Assembly (NCBI GenBank): GCA_021780675.1
Contig: JAJXYH010000013.1
Coordinates: 593 to 64,592 of the forward strand
DNA from: a bacterium
GTDB lineage: Bacteria; Patescibacteriota; Microgenomatia; Levybacterales; UBA12049
Reading direction: 5' to 3'
DNA: 64,000 nucleotides
Below the pieces are notes generated by a model, which had not been told where the DNA came from, searched no databases, and saw only the letters and a program-made list of their open reading frames with translations. Positions within the stretch are counted from its first letter, which is position 1, and each line of letters starts with the position of its first letter. The position numbers and the translations under genes were made by a program. Shown here piece after piece: positions 20,867-30,874 of this stretch.

Positions 20867-22137
20867 ACAAGTCGGTTTTAAATAAAAGAATCCCTACTCT
20901 CTTAGGGTTGATTATAATTATCTTCGGACTAAGTGTTACTACCCTCTTAACAAATAAAGCAACATTTTTACAATCAAACGCAACAGAAAATAAACAACCG
21001 CAAGACGTAAGAATTACTAATATAAGTGATAATTCATTTACTGTTTCTTATACAACAGTTTCTATGGAAAGTGGATTTGTTAAATACGGATCAACCGGAT
21101 CGCTAGATCAAACTGCATTTGATGACAAAGACACCACTCAAAAATTACAGACACATATTGTACACAGCATCACATTAAATAACCTAAATCCTGATACTAA
21201 ATATTATTTCTCTATTAATAGCGGTGGGGAAACATACTTAGATAATAATAACAACTTCGAAATAACAACTGCTGCTAATACATTTAACGCAACTTCTAAT
21301 TCTCCTGTTTCAGGAAGAGTGATGCTTGCAAATTCAAACCCTCCCAAGGAAGCAATTGTTTACATAACAGTAGATAACTCTCAAGTCTTATCAACACTCG
21401 TCAATACTGATGGTACATATAAAATAGACCTCCAGCATCTATTAAATTTTAATTTATCAAATACTCTTAGTCTTACAAGAGATTCCGTGATAAAAATGCT
21501 TGTCGCAGGAGATTCGTTATCCTCAAATGTCACATTGAATTATTACCAAAGCGCTGATGTCCCCGTAATCACACTTTCAAACAATTATGACTTTAGAGAA
21601 GGCAATCAACAAACAGCAAGTCCATCTGCTGCACTTGAGGGATTTCCAATGCAAAATATAACGTCATCAAAATCTAATAGTATTAGCATACTAAGCCCAT
21701 CTAAAGATCAGGTTATTTCTACTCAACAACCGGTATTAAAGGGTCAAGCAACGCCCAACCAAAATTTACAAATTACTATTCATTCGCAACAGGTCGTAAA
21801 AGCAAATGTTATTACCGACTCAAGCGGCAACTGGAGCTATCAACCAACTACACCACTTGATCCGGGAACACACACAATAACAGTAACCGGTAAGGATTCA
21901 AAAGGTATTCTAAGAACAATTACCGAAAGTTTCACGGTTTATGCTGCTGAAAATTCTTCTACAGCAACTGCTGCCATAGAAACACCGACTAATACACCCA
22001 CTACCGTAACTGCACAAAATAAAAAGCAAACATTGATAACAACAAATAACACCTCTATAATCACAGCAATTATTGTAGGATTAATAATTACTTTTGTTGG
22101 GGGTTTTATTTTCCTTCTGTCCCGCAAAGGAATTTAA
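20863..22137 (+). CDS. Cell-surface protein with fibronectin-III-like and Ig-like domains, anchored by an N-terminal signal/TM and a C-terminal TM helix.
   Basis: FN3-like block (ITNISDNSFTVSYTT...LNPDTKYYFSI). Ig-like block (PGTHTITVTGKDSKG). C-terminal hydrophobic helix followed by RKGI. Confidence 0.45.
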   Translation: MNKSVLNKRIPTLLGLIIIIFGLSVTTLLTNKATFLQSNATENKQPQDVRITNISDNSFTVSYTTVSMESGFVKYGSTGSLDQTAFDDKDTTQKLQTHIVHSITLNNLNPDTKYYFSINSGGETYLDNNNNFEITTAANTFNATSNSPVSGRVMLANSNPPKEAIVYITVDNSQVLSTLVNTDGTYKIDLQHLLNFNLSNTLSLTRDSVIKMLVAGDSLSSNVTLNYYQSADVPVITLSNNYDFREGNQQTASPSAALEGFPMQNITSSKSNSISILSPSKDQVISTQQPVLKGQATPNQNLQITIHSQQVVKANVITDSSGNWSYQPTTPLDPGTHTITVTGKDSKGILRTITESFTVYAAENSSTATAAIETPTNTPTTVTAQNKKQTLITTNNTSIITAIIVGLIITFVGGFIFLLSRKGI

Positions 22138-22138
22138 T

Positions 22139-23416
22139 ATGAAAATAGCCATAATTGGTGCAGGCTTTACCGGCCTTTCCGCAGCATATGAGTTATCGAA
22201 AAAGGGTCATAAAGTAACTGTATTTGAAAAAGATAAAAACCCCGGTGGTCTTGCAGTGGGATTTAAACAAAAAGGATGGAAATGGTCGCTTGAAAAGCAT
22301 TACCACCATTGGTTTACTAACGACAAGGAAATTATAAGCTTAGCCAAAGAAATTAAATTTCCGGTAGTCACTAGACGTCCAAAAACAAGTATATATGTTA
22401 ATCAAAATACATATAAGCTTGATTCCCCGCTAAACGTTATCTTCTTCCCACTTTTACCTATTATTGATAGGTTTAGATTGGGATTTTCTATTGCTGTTTT
22501 TCGATTTAATCCTTTCTGGAAACCATTAGAAAAATATAACGCTGTTAAAATCTTACCAAAACTTATGGGCAAAAAAGCCTATGAAATGATCTGGGAACCT
22601 CTTTTTATAAATAAATTTGGTAGGTTTTCTCAAAATGTTTCTCTGGCCTGGTTTTGGGCAAGAATTATCAAAAGAACACCATCGCTTTGTTATCCTAAAG
22701 GTGGATTCTTAGAGTTTGCAAATAGCTTAACAAAGAAAATCGAGGAAAAAGAAGGAGTATTTTATTTTAGTACCGAGGTCAAAAAACTCGAGTCTGATAA
22801 TTTACCCCTAATTACATACCAAAAAGAAAACGCAGTAATAGAAACAGAAGAGTTTGATAAAGTCATAGTAACTACTCCTATCTTTATCTTCTTCTCGTTT
22901 ACTCCACAGCTTCCCGAAAAGTATAAAAATAATATACTAAACTTGAAAAGCTTGGGTGCAATAAATTTAGTATTAAGACTTAAAAAACCATTTTTTAAAG
23001 ATAATACTTATTGGTTAAGCGTATGCGATAAAAATGCTCCGGTTATGGCAATTGTTGAACACACCAACTTTATCGACAAAAAAAACTATAATAATGAACA
23101 TTTACTTTATCTTGGAAATTACAAAGAGCGGGAAAATAGTTTATTCTCAATGGATGCCAATCAAATCTTAAGTCTATTTGACCCCTATTTAAAAAAAATT
23201 AACCCCAAATATTCAAAATTTATCATCGGATATGATCTTTTTAAAGATCCTTTTGCTCAACCGGTTATTCCCGTTAATTATTCAAAGATAATTCCTAAAA
23301 TGATTACACCTCTTAAAAATGTGTATCTTGCAAATATCGAACAGGTATACCCCTGGGACAGGGGAACTAACTATGCCGTTGAGCTTGGAAAAAGAGTTGC
23401 TGATAAAGTAATTTAA
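22139..23416 (+). CDS. FAD-dependent Rossmann-fold enzyme resembling UDP-galactopyranose mutase (Glf) / amine-oxidase family.
   Basis: N-terminal GxGxxG (IIGAGFTGLSAAYEL). HHWFTNDK corresponds to Glf HIFHTNDK. A KxxxWG....ARIIKR block is collinear with E. coli Glf. The ORF track begins upstream at 22094, but the ATG at 22139 directly follows the stop of the previous gene. Confidence 0.5.
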   Translation: MKIAIIGAGFTGLSAAYELSKKGHKVTVFEKDKNPGGLAVGFKQKGWKWSLEKHYHHWFTNDKEIISLAKEIKFPVVTRRPKTSIYVNQNTYKLDSPLNVIFFPLLPIIDRFRLGFSIAVFRFNPFWKPLEKYNAVKILPKLMGKKAYEMIWEPLFINKFGRFSQNVSLAWFWARIIKRTPSLCYPKGGFLEFANSLTKKIEEKEGVFYFSTEVKKLESDNLPLITYQKENAVIETEEFDKVIVTTPIFIFFSFTPQLPEKYKNNILNLKSLGAINLVLRLKKPFFKDNTYWLSVCDKNAPVMAIVEHTNFIDKKNYNNEHLLYLGNYKERENSLFSMDANQILSLFDPYLKKINPKYSKFIIGYDLFKDPFAQPVIPVNYSKIIPKMITPLKNVYLANIEQVYPWDRGTNYAVELGKRVADKVI

Positions 23417-23418
23417 TA

Positions 23419-25041
23419 ATGAAAAAAATAAAGCTTTTCGTAATTAAATATAAGCTGGAGATTATTATAGTTATTTTCTCTTTAATATTTTCTACTTGGC
23501 TTATGTTTTCTTCCTTTTCTTACGAAAATGGTTTTATGCAAATCTCAACAAAATCATGGAGTGATTTTGCTAGTCATATTCCCTTAATTAGATCATTTTC
23601 TTTTGGAAATAATTTTCCGCCTGAATATCCCCTTTTCTTAGGACCTGCTATCAAATATCATTTTTTATTTTTTGCAGTGGTTGGGTATCTTGAGCGTTTT
23701 GGCTTAAGAATTGATTATGCGTTTAACATCCCCTCAATTTTAGGATTCAGTTTTTTAATTTTTATGATTTATATTTTTTCAAAATATTTATTTAAGTCTA
23801 AAAGTGTTGGTGTATTAAGCATAATCTTCTTTTTGTTTAATAGTTCGCTTGATTTTGTAAAATTTTTTACAAAAACCCCGTTATCTCTAAACACCCCCAT
23901 AGATATTATTACTAATAAAACTTTTCCGTCCTTTGGTCCTTATGATAATAGTGTAATTTCTGCATTTTGGAACTTAAATATCTATACAAACCAAAGGCAT
24001 CTTGGATTGTCTTACGCGTTGTCTCTACTTTTAATCTATTTTGTATTAAAAAATATTACAAATAAAAAAATATCTTATAAATACTATCTATTACTAGGAG
24101 TTGCAACGGGATTATTGTTCTTTTTAAACATGGCAGTCTTTTTAATGACGATGATTATACTGCTTTGTATGCTTCTAATATTTTCTAAAAATAGGGTAAA
24201 ATTATTCATTCTAATTTTATCTACCGGAGTTATTGCTTTTCCACAATATCTGTATGTTGAATCCGGACCATCAATTTTTCATATAAAAATTCATGTGGGA
24301 TATCTTTTGAATCGTGTTGATTTGTTTTCCTTTTTAAATTATTGGTGGCAAAATATAGGATTGAATCTAATTCTTATACCAATTGGTTTTATACTTTCGG
24401 ACAAAACAGCTAAAAAAGTAATTATTTCATTTTTTACCCTTTTTATGGTCGGAAATGTATTACAATTTTCTCCCGAAATTGCTGCTAATCATAAATTTTT
24501 TAATTTTTTTGTAATTATAGGCAGCATGTATTCGGCGTTTTTAATTATCAAGCTATTTAGAAAAAACATTAAATACAAATTACTTGGCATAAGTTTAGTT
24601 TTATTACTTACCCTGTCTGGAATTATCGACTTCTTCCCAATCTACAATGACACTAAAATCAATCTTGCCGACTATTCGCAAAACAAAAATATTTTATGGA
24701 TTAAAGATCATACGTCTCAAAAGGCAAAATTTCTAAATACAGACTATCTTTACGATACAGCATCATTAGCGGGAAGAAGAATATTTTTAGGATGGCCTTA
24801 TTTTGCATGGTCACAAGGGTATGATACGACTTCAAGAGATAATTTACGAAAATCTCTACTGTTAACTAACAATTTTTCTTATTTTTGTAGTAATATATCA
24901 AAATATAAAATCAGTTTTGCCGAAGTTAATACAAATTCACAGGATGCTAAGGTAAACATAAATTTTTTTAACAATAATTTTCCTAAGGTTTATACTAATA
25001 ATAGTAATTATAGTATTTACAATTTAAGTAGGTGCAGATGA
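23419..25041 (+). CDS. Large polytopic membrane protein, putative GT-C-type glycosyltransferase.
   Basis: 540 aa, at least 11 TM helices. Conserved acidic/aromatic first loop. C-terminal soluble domain. 3-nt gap after the Glf-like gene. Confidence 0.4.
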   Translation: MKKIKLFVIKYKLEIIIVIFSLIFSTWLMFSSFSYENGFMQISTKSWSDFASHIPLIRSFSFGNNFPPEYPLFLGPAIKYHFLFFAVVGYLERFGLRIDYAFNIPSILGFSFLIFMIYIFSKYLFKSKSVGVLSIIFFLFNSSLDFVKFFTKTPLSLNTPIDIITNKTFPSFGPYDNSVISAFWNLNIYTNQRHLGLSYALSLLLIYFVLKNITNKKISYKYYLLLGVATGLLFFLNMAVFLMTMIILLCMLLIFSKNRVKLFILILSTGVIAFPQYLYVESGPSIFHIKIHVGYLLNRVDLFSFLNYWWQNIGLNLILIPIGFILSDKTAKKVIISFFTLFMVGNVLQFSPEIAANHKFFNFFVIIGSMYSAFLIIKLFRKNIKYKLLGISLVLLLTLSGIIDFFPIYNDTKINLADYSQNKNILWIKDHTSQKAKFLNTDYLYDTASLAGRRIFLGWPYFAWSQGYDTTSRDNLRKSLLLTNNFSYFCSNISKYKISFAEVNTNSQDAKVNINFFNNNFPKVYTNNSNYSIYNLSRCR

Positions 25042-27230
25042 ACAATCAAGATATAATTTATATTTTAAGATGGTTTCTTACTTTTTTTGTTATCGGTATA
25101 TCTTTTTTACCGATAACTTTAAATTTGTTTAATAACTTTAGAGATAAAGGTTATATCTTTTCCAAAATCATAGGAATGATAGTACTCTCCTACTTTATTT
25201 TTATCTTAGGGATTCTAAGATTATCCCAATTTTCTTTTTCTTTAACAATTATCTTATTAATTATATTATTTGTATTAAATTATTCTATTTTTGATAGGAA
25301 AAATATTCTTGTTACAATTAAGAAAAATTTAAATATATTTATATTTGAAGAAATAATTTTTTTTATTACCTTGGTCTTTTGGTCGTTCATAAGAAGCCGC
25401 ATGCCGGACATTTTTGGGCTAGAGAAATTTATGGATTTTGGTTTCTTAAACTCAATTTTAAGAAGTGATTACTTTCCGCCCAAAGACATGTGGTACACAC
25501 CGCTTCCAATAAATTATTATTATTTCGGGCATCTTATAACTGCTGTATTAACCAAAATATCGCAAATCCCTTCATTTATAAGCTATAACTTAATGATTAC
25601 TACTCTTTTTGCCTTAACTTTTACTTCGGCGTTCTCAATTGCGGTTAACCTTCTTAGCGAATTTAAGTCTAAATTTATAACTAAAGTATTATCTTTCATA
25701 TTTCCCGTTTTCTTGGCGTTTGGAGGAAACCTTACCACAATATATACATTCTTTAAGCCTTATACACCGGCAGATATGCCTATACCGTTTTGGAATTTAC
25801 AGTTTTTGCCCTTTAGCTTCCCAAATGACTTTTGGTATCCTAACGCTACCCGTTTTATTCCTTTTACAATTCATGAGTTCCCTATTTATTCCTTTGTAGT
25901 TTCAGATTTACATGGCCACGTATTAGACATACCTATTGTTTTACTAACTATAGCTTTTCTCTTCTCAATAATTTTAAGGATTAATAAGCAAAATGATAAA
26001 CAGTTATTGTTTAGTAATCATTTTTTAAAAATATTTAATACTATAAAAATTAAATCGCTTGAAAATTGGAAATTTAAATTCACCGATTTAATTATAGTGA
26101 GCTTTTTATTGGCAATAATGTATATGGCAAATGCCTGGGACGGGCTAATCTATTTTCTTTTAACTGGGCTGATAATTATTTTTTTAAATTTTTCAAAAGA
26201 AAATTTAGGCGAGTTTATTATAAATTCATTTAATAATACCCTGACCGTCGGTTTAGGATTTTTACTATTTTCACTTCCATTTAGTATTAATTTTAAGCCG
26301 TTTGTTTCCGGAATAGGAATATTATGTGCGCCGGGATTTCTTACAAAAATTGGTAAAATTGGGCCATTTCTTTTTGAAGCAAATCACTGTCAAAAATCAC
26401 CAATCTGGCAATTACTTATACTTTATGGCTTTTTCTATTTTTTTGTATTTTCATTTATTTCCTTTTTAAAATTTAAGAGAAAATATACATTATCAAATAA
26501 CGATAAATTTGTTCTAATATTAATAATTTTATCTACAATTTTAATTGTTGTTCCTGAATTTATTTACGTTAAAGATATCTATCCCTTACATTACCGTGCT
26601 AATACAATGTTCAAGCTTGTTTATCAGTCATTTATAATGCTGTCTCTTGTAAGCGGTTATGTGTTAATAAAACTTATGTTTGAGATAAAAAATATAATTT
26701 TAAAACTGGCTTTCACTGGAGTTGCTATTTTCTTAAGTTTCTTTATATTAATATATCCGTTTTTTGCAATCGGGTCATACTACAATAATTTAACGGGAAA
26801 AGGATCGTTAGACGGATTTAAATATATGTTAAAAACTTATCCTCAGGATTACAATTTAATAAACTGGGTCAATAGCAATATTAAAGGGCAACCGGTCGTT
26901 TTGGAAGCAAACGGTGATTCATATACCGAATATGCAAGAATTTCGGCAAATACAGGACTACCTACGGTTATAGGATGGCCGGTGCATGAATGGCTTTGGA
27001 GAGGAACCTACGATATTGTCGCACCCAGAATTGATGACGTTAGAACTTTATATACAACTTCCGATATAAGCTTAACAAAATCATTAATTAAAAAATATAA
27101 TATTTCTTACGTAGTGGTATCCATGCTTGAAGAAAAAAAATATCCCGGTATAAACATTAATAAATTTAATACTTTAGGAAAAATCGTCTATCAAAATGGT
27201 GGGGCTACTCTCTATAAAATCACAGACTAG
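25032..27230 (+). CDS. Chlor_Arch_YYY-domain membrane protein (putative GT-C glycosyltransferase, 732 aa).
   Basis: Signature PINYYYFGH, matching the YYY motif of the Chloroflexi/Archaea domain family. About 14 TM helices plus a C-terminal globular domain. Overlaps the previous gene by 10 nt. Confidence 0.5.
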   Translation: MQMNNQDIIYILRWFLTFFVIGISFLPITLNLFNNFRDKGYIFSKIIGMIVLSYFIFILGILRLSQFSFSLTIILLIILFVLNYSIFDRKNILVTIKKNLNIFIFEEIIFFITLVFWSFIRSRMPDIFGLEKFMDFGFLNSILRSDYFPPKDMWYTPLPINYYYFGHLITAVLTKISQIPSFISYNLMITTLFALTFTSAFSIAVNLLSEFKSKFITKVLSFIFPVFLAFGGNLTTIYTFFKPYTPADMPIPFWNLQFLPFSFPNDFWYPNATRFIPFTIHEFPIYSFVVSDLHGHVLDIPIVLLTIAFLFSIILRINKQNDKQLLFSNHFLKIFNTIKIKSLENWKFKFTDLIIVSFLLAIMYMANAWDGLIYFLLTGLIIIFLNFSKENLGEFIINSFNNTLTVGLGFLLFSLPFSINFKPFVSGIGILCAPGFLTKIGKIGPFLFEANHCQKSPIWQLLILYGFFYFFVFSFISFLKFKRKYTLSNNDKFVLILIILSTILIVVPEFIYVKDIYPLHYRANTMFKLVYQSFIMLSLVSGYVLIKLMFEIKNIILKLAFTGVAIFLSFFILIYPFFAIGSYYNNLTGKGSLDGFKYMLKTYPQDYNLINWVNSNIKGQPVVLEANGDSYTEYARISANTGLPTVIGWPVHEWLWRGTYDIVAPRIDDVRTLYTTSDISLTKSLIKKYNISYVVVSMLEEKKYPGININKFNTLGKIVYQNGGATLYKITD

Positions 27231-28344
27231 GATTTTGCGGTATCACACAACTACTATTATTTATTTCACAAGAAATATACTTTTGTATCTCAGAAAAATT
27301 GCCGTCACCAATTCTTGGAATAAGTACCCACGAATAGTCATATTCTGCAGTATAAGGCGGGTTAAATAAAAGTCCGGGTCTGTTTGTTGCGGGATCTCCA
27401 TAATCTATGACAGCACTTTGGATTTTAGCACCTTTCATTTTCTGTGCAAGCCTTACAAAATCATCGAATTCACTTTGCTTAATATCGGTATCTATACTCC
27501 CGCTTAAAATACTGTAAAGTTGGATTATCTTTGCCGGATTTATCAACGTTTGTGCAGATAATATTTTATCTTTAAGAGCCTTTATTACTTTTTCCTGCCT
27601 TTTACTCCTTGCAAAATCCGTTCCCTCGACTCCTGTTGCATGTCTTGATCTTACAAATTCAAGAGCAGTTTCTCCATCCATATGCATTAAACCTTTATCA
27701 AAATGTACATGCTTATACCTACATGGAAATTTAATTAAATCCATTTCTGCCGATGCGGTACCACTTTCGGTATATGCCTTAATATCCTCTGCTAAGTTTC
27801 CGCAAGTATCATCTTCTTTTCCACTAATCGGGTACGCATAATCGTCAAATGTATTATCAACATTAATGTCTAGTCCTCCTAGGATATCAACTGCTTTTAC
27901 AAAACCTGAAAAATCAACTCTAACACCGTAATCTATATGTTGCCCTGTAATTTTACTAACTACAGCTTCTGCCTCAACCAATCCTCCTCCTTTTCTTTTA
28001 TTCTCCCCATCTGCATAGGCTTCATTTACTTTTTTAAAGCTAGTGGTTAAGCTGGGAAACCACAAATCACGCGGGATAGAAGTAAGAACCACTTTATTAT
28101 TTTTTTGATTTACTGATGCAAGAATTATCGTATCGGTTAAATTCGGTCCATCATGACTTCCTCCCCCAATACCTAAAAGTAATATATTAATATTATTATT
28201 GGTTTGTTTTAAAGAAACTCCTTTATCAACTACCAATTGGAATAAAAAGGGATAAAAACTTGCTGTTTTATAAACAAAAAATCCTATTATGATTAATAGG
28301 AAAACTAATAGGGCTAGTAATGGCCTTTTTTTATTTCTACGCAT
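27220..28344 (-). CDS. LytR-CpsA-Psr (LCP) family cell-wall glycopolymer phosphotransferase.
   Basis: Signal anchor. Conserved LCP core ILLLGIGGGSHDGPNLTDTIILASV...IPRDLW. Confidence 0.8.
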   Translation of the reverse strand: MRRNKKRPLLALLVFLLIIIGFFVYKTASFYPFLFQLVVDKGVSLKQTNNNINILLLGIGGGSHDGPNLTDTIILASVNQKNNKVVLTSIPRDLWFPSLTTSFKKVNEAYADGENKRKGGGLVEAEAVVSKITGQHIDYGVRVDFSGFVKAVDILGGLDINVDNTFDDYAYPISGKEDDTCGNLAEDIKAYTESGTASAEMDLIKFPCRYKHVHFDKGLMHMDGETALEFVRSRHATGVEGTDFARSKRQEKVIKALKDKILSAQTLINPAKIIQLYSILSGSIDTDIKQSEFDDFVRLAQKMKGAKIQSAVIDYGDPATNRPGLLFNPPYTAEYDYSWVLIPRIGDGNFSEIQKYISCEINNSSCVIPQNPSL

Positions 28345-28999
28345 TTTTAATTATGTTTAAAAATTCCATGGGGTCAAGACTTGCTCCACCCACCAAAACG
28401 CCTTTTATTTTATCACTTTTTGTAAAATTTGCTACATTATCTGAAGTAACACTTCCACCATAAAGAACAGAAAGATTGTCATGGTTAGCGATGATATCTT
28501 CGCAAACCTTATCCGCATTTTCTGGAGTATCTGGAGTTCCGGTGCCAATAGCAAAAACGGGCTCATAGGCAACAACATTCACTCCTTGTGGAATATTTGT
28601 ATCTTTTCCCTGAACACAGAATATGGGAGTTAATCCGTATTTTAAAGCTAAATTCACCTTTTTAGTTAACATTTCATCTGTCTCCCCAAAGTTATTTCTT
28701 CGTTCAGAATGTCCAATTATTACATAATCTGCAAAATCTTTAATTTGTTTACCATTTACCTCACCCGTAAATGCCCCTTCATCAAAAGGTGACAAATTCT
28801 GTGCCGAAAGCTTGATATTTGTACCGGAAAAAACTGAATTAAAACTTAAAAGGAATGTAAAAGTTGGAGCTAAAATGACTTCTTTGTCGCCCATATTTTT
28901 CAGTTCCTGCTTATGACTAATAAAGACATCTAGCCAGTTTTTAGCCTCATTATTAGTCATATTAGACTTAAAATTGGCAACTATATAAAGCTTTTCCAT
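28337..28999 (-). CDS. tpiA: Triosephosphate isomerase (compact, 220 aa).
   Basis: ANFK substrate-binding N-terminus, catalytic IIGHSERR, C-terminal GGASL-type phosphate-binding loop (VGGASLD). Confidence 0.8.
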   Translation of the reverse strand: MEKLYIVANFKSNMTNNEAKNWLDVFISHKQELKNMGDKEVILAPTFTFLLSFNSVFSGTNIKLSAQNLSPFDEGAFTGEVNGKQIKDFADYVIIGHSERRNNFGETDEMLTKKVNLALKYGLTPIFCVQGKDTNIPQGVNVVAYEPVFAIGTGTPDTPENADKVCEDIIANHDNLSVLYGGSVTSDNVANFTKSDKIKGVLVGGASLDPMEFLNIIKNA

Positions 29000-30874
29000 G
29001 TGGTATCATTATACGGTATGAATAAAGATTTTCTCAAGGACTTAAACTCCGAACAGCTTGAAGCGGTAAAACAAAAGAATGGCCCAATGATAATTTTGGC
29101 AGGTGCAGGAAGCGGCAAAACACGGGTTCTTACCTATAAAGTAATTTATTTAATTGATCAGGGGGTTGACCCAACAAACATTTTAATGGTTACTTTTACA
29201 AATAAAGCAGCTAATGAAATGAAAGAAAGAATGAGAAGATCTTTTGCAAAACAAAACGTCTTAATTTCTGATTTCCCTACTATTTCCACGTTTCATGCAT
29301 TATGCGCAAAACTTCTAAGAATCGAGGGAGAAGCAATCGGAATCCCTAAAAACTTTTTAATCTATGACGATCAAGATCAAAAAGATGCAATAAAAGAGTG
29401 TTTTAATCTTCTTAACATTTCAATAAAAGAATACAAACCAAATTCTGTTCTAAATAATATTTCACAAGCTAAGAATGAATTGATAAACGAACTTGAATAC
29501 CCTCAGTACGCAAGAGGACATTTTCAAGAAGTCGTATCTAAAGTTTATATAATTTACCAAAAATTATTAAAAGAAAATGCTGCTCTTGATTTTGATGACC
29601 TTATTTTAAAAACAGTTGAGCTTTTTCAAAAAAATCCGCAAATTTTGGAGAAATATCAAAATAAATTTAAATATATTTTAGTTGACGAGTATCAGGATAC
29701 AAATCATGCCCAATACCAATTAACGAAAATGCTATCTAAAAGATGGAATAATATTTGTGTGGTAGGAGATTTTTCTCAAAGCATATATAGTTTTAGAGGG
29801 GCTGATTTTTTAAACCTGTCTAAATTTAAAGAAGACTTTAGTAACGTAAAGACCTTTTCTCTCTCACAAAACTACCGCTCAACGCAAAGAATATTAGATG
29901 CTGCTTCGTCTGTAATTTCAAAAAATAACTCACATCCTGTTTTAAAACTTTGGACAGAAAATAAAAAAGGTGAAGATGTTTTTGTCCATGAATCACTAAA
30001 TGAACAAAAAGAGGCGGAGTATATTTTAGAAAATATTTCAGAAATTAAGTACCAAAACCCGGATCTTAAGTATTCTGATTTTTGTGTTCTTTATAGAACA
30101 AACGCTCAATCAAGGTCGATAGAAGAGGTGTTTATTCATAATTCCCTTTCCTATATATTAATCGGTGGAACAAGATTTTATGAAAGAAAAGAAATAAAAG
30201 ACGTTTTGGCATATCTAAAATATATTGCCAACCGAAGAGATAAAGTTTCTTTAAAAAGAATTGAAAAATTAGGAAAAGGCCGCTTAGGAAAATTTAATGA
30301 ATTCCTAAACAGGTTAGAAAATAAAAAAATTGAAGAAATAAAAACCATCGACATTTTGGATGATGTCATAAAAAATACAGATTATCTTTCGCTCTATGAT
30401 GAAAAGGACGAAGAAGATCTTGCAAGACTAGAAAACATTAAAGAGTTAAGATCTGTTGCTATTGCGTTTACAGACATTAATCTGTTCTTGGAGAATGTTT
30501 CACTTGTCGAACAAGAATACCTTCCTGACAATATAAAAGAGGAAGACGGTAAAAAAAATGCAGTTAATTTAATGACATTGCACGCGGCAAAAGGTTTGGA
30601 GTTCCCGATAGTATTTATGGTGGGTATGGAAGAAGGCCTTTTCCCGCATAGTAGAAGCTTAATGGATAAGAACAACTTAGAAGAAGAAAGAAGACTTTGT
30701 TATGTCGGAATGACTAGAGCAAAAGAAAAACTGTTCTTAACATACTCAAGAAAGCGTCTGTTCTTTGGTCAAAAGACGACAAACATTGTTTCAAGGTTTA
30801 TACTAGAATTACCTGAACAAACGCTTGAAAAAAATTTAAACGATATGCAATCAGATATTCCGGAATATTTATGA
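29000..30874 (+). CDS. pcrA: ATP-dependent DNA helicase PcrA/UvrD (SF1).
   Basis: Walker A AGAGSGKT. Motifs II (VDEYQDTN) and VI (VGMTRAKEKL). Confidence 0.85.
   Translation: MVSLYGMNKDFLKDLNSEQLEAVKQKNGPMIILAGAGSGKTRVLTYKVIYLIDQGVDPTNILMVTFTNKAANEMKERMRRSFAKQNVLISDFPTISTFHALCAKLLRIEGEAIGIPKNFLIYDDQDQKDAIKECFNLLNISIKEYKPNSVLNNISQAKNELINELEYPQYARGHFQEVVSKVYIIYQKLLKENAALDFDDLILKTVELFQKNPQILEKYQNKFKYILVDEYQDTNHAQYQLTKMLSKRWNNICVVGDFSQSIYSFRGADFLNLSKFKEDFSNVKTFSLSQNYRSTQRILDAASSVISKNNSHPVLKLWTENKKGEDVFVHESLNEQKEAEYILENISEIKYQNPDLKYSDFCVLYRTNAQSRSIEEVFIHNSLSYILIGGTRFYERKEIKDVLAYLKYIANRRDKVSLKRIEKLGKGRLGKFNEFLNRLENKKIEEIKTIDILDDVIKNTDYLSLYDEKDEEDLARLENIKELRSVAIAFTDINLFLENVSLVEQEYLPDNIKEEDGKKNAVNLMTLHAAKGLEFPIVFMVGMEEGLFPHSRSLMDKNNLEEERRLCYVGMTRAKEKLFLTYSRKRLFFGQKTTNIVSRFILELPEQTLEKNLNDMQSDIPEYL

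Noticed and set aside
22094-22138. Upstream extension of the Glf-like ORF (MLGVLFSFCPAKEFN...).
   Set aside because: It would overlap the C-terminal 44 nt of the preceding gene in a different frame. The ATG at 22139 immediately follows that gene's stop and precedes the GxGxxG motif at the expected distance.
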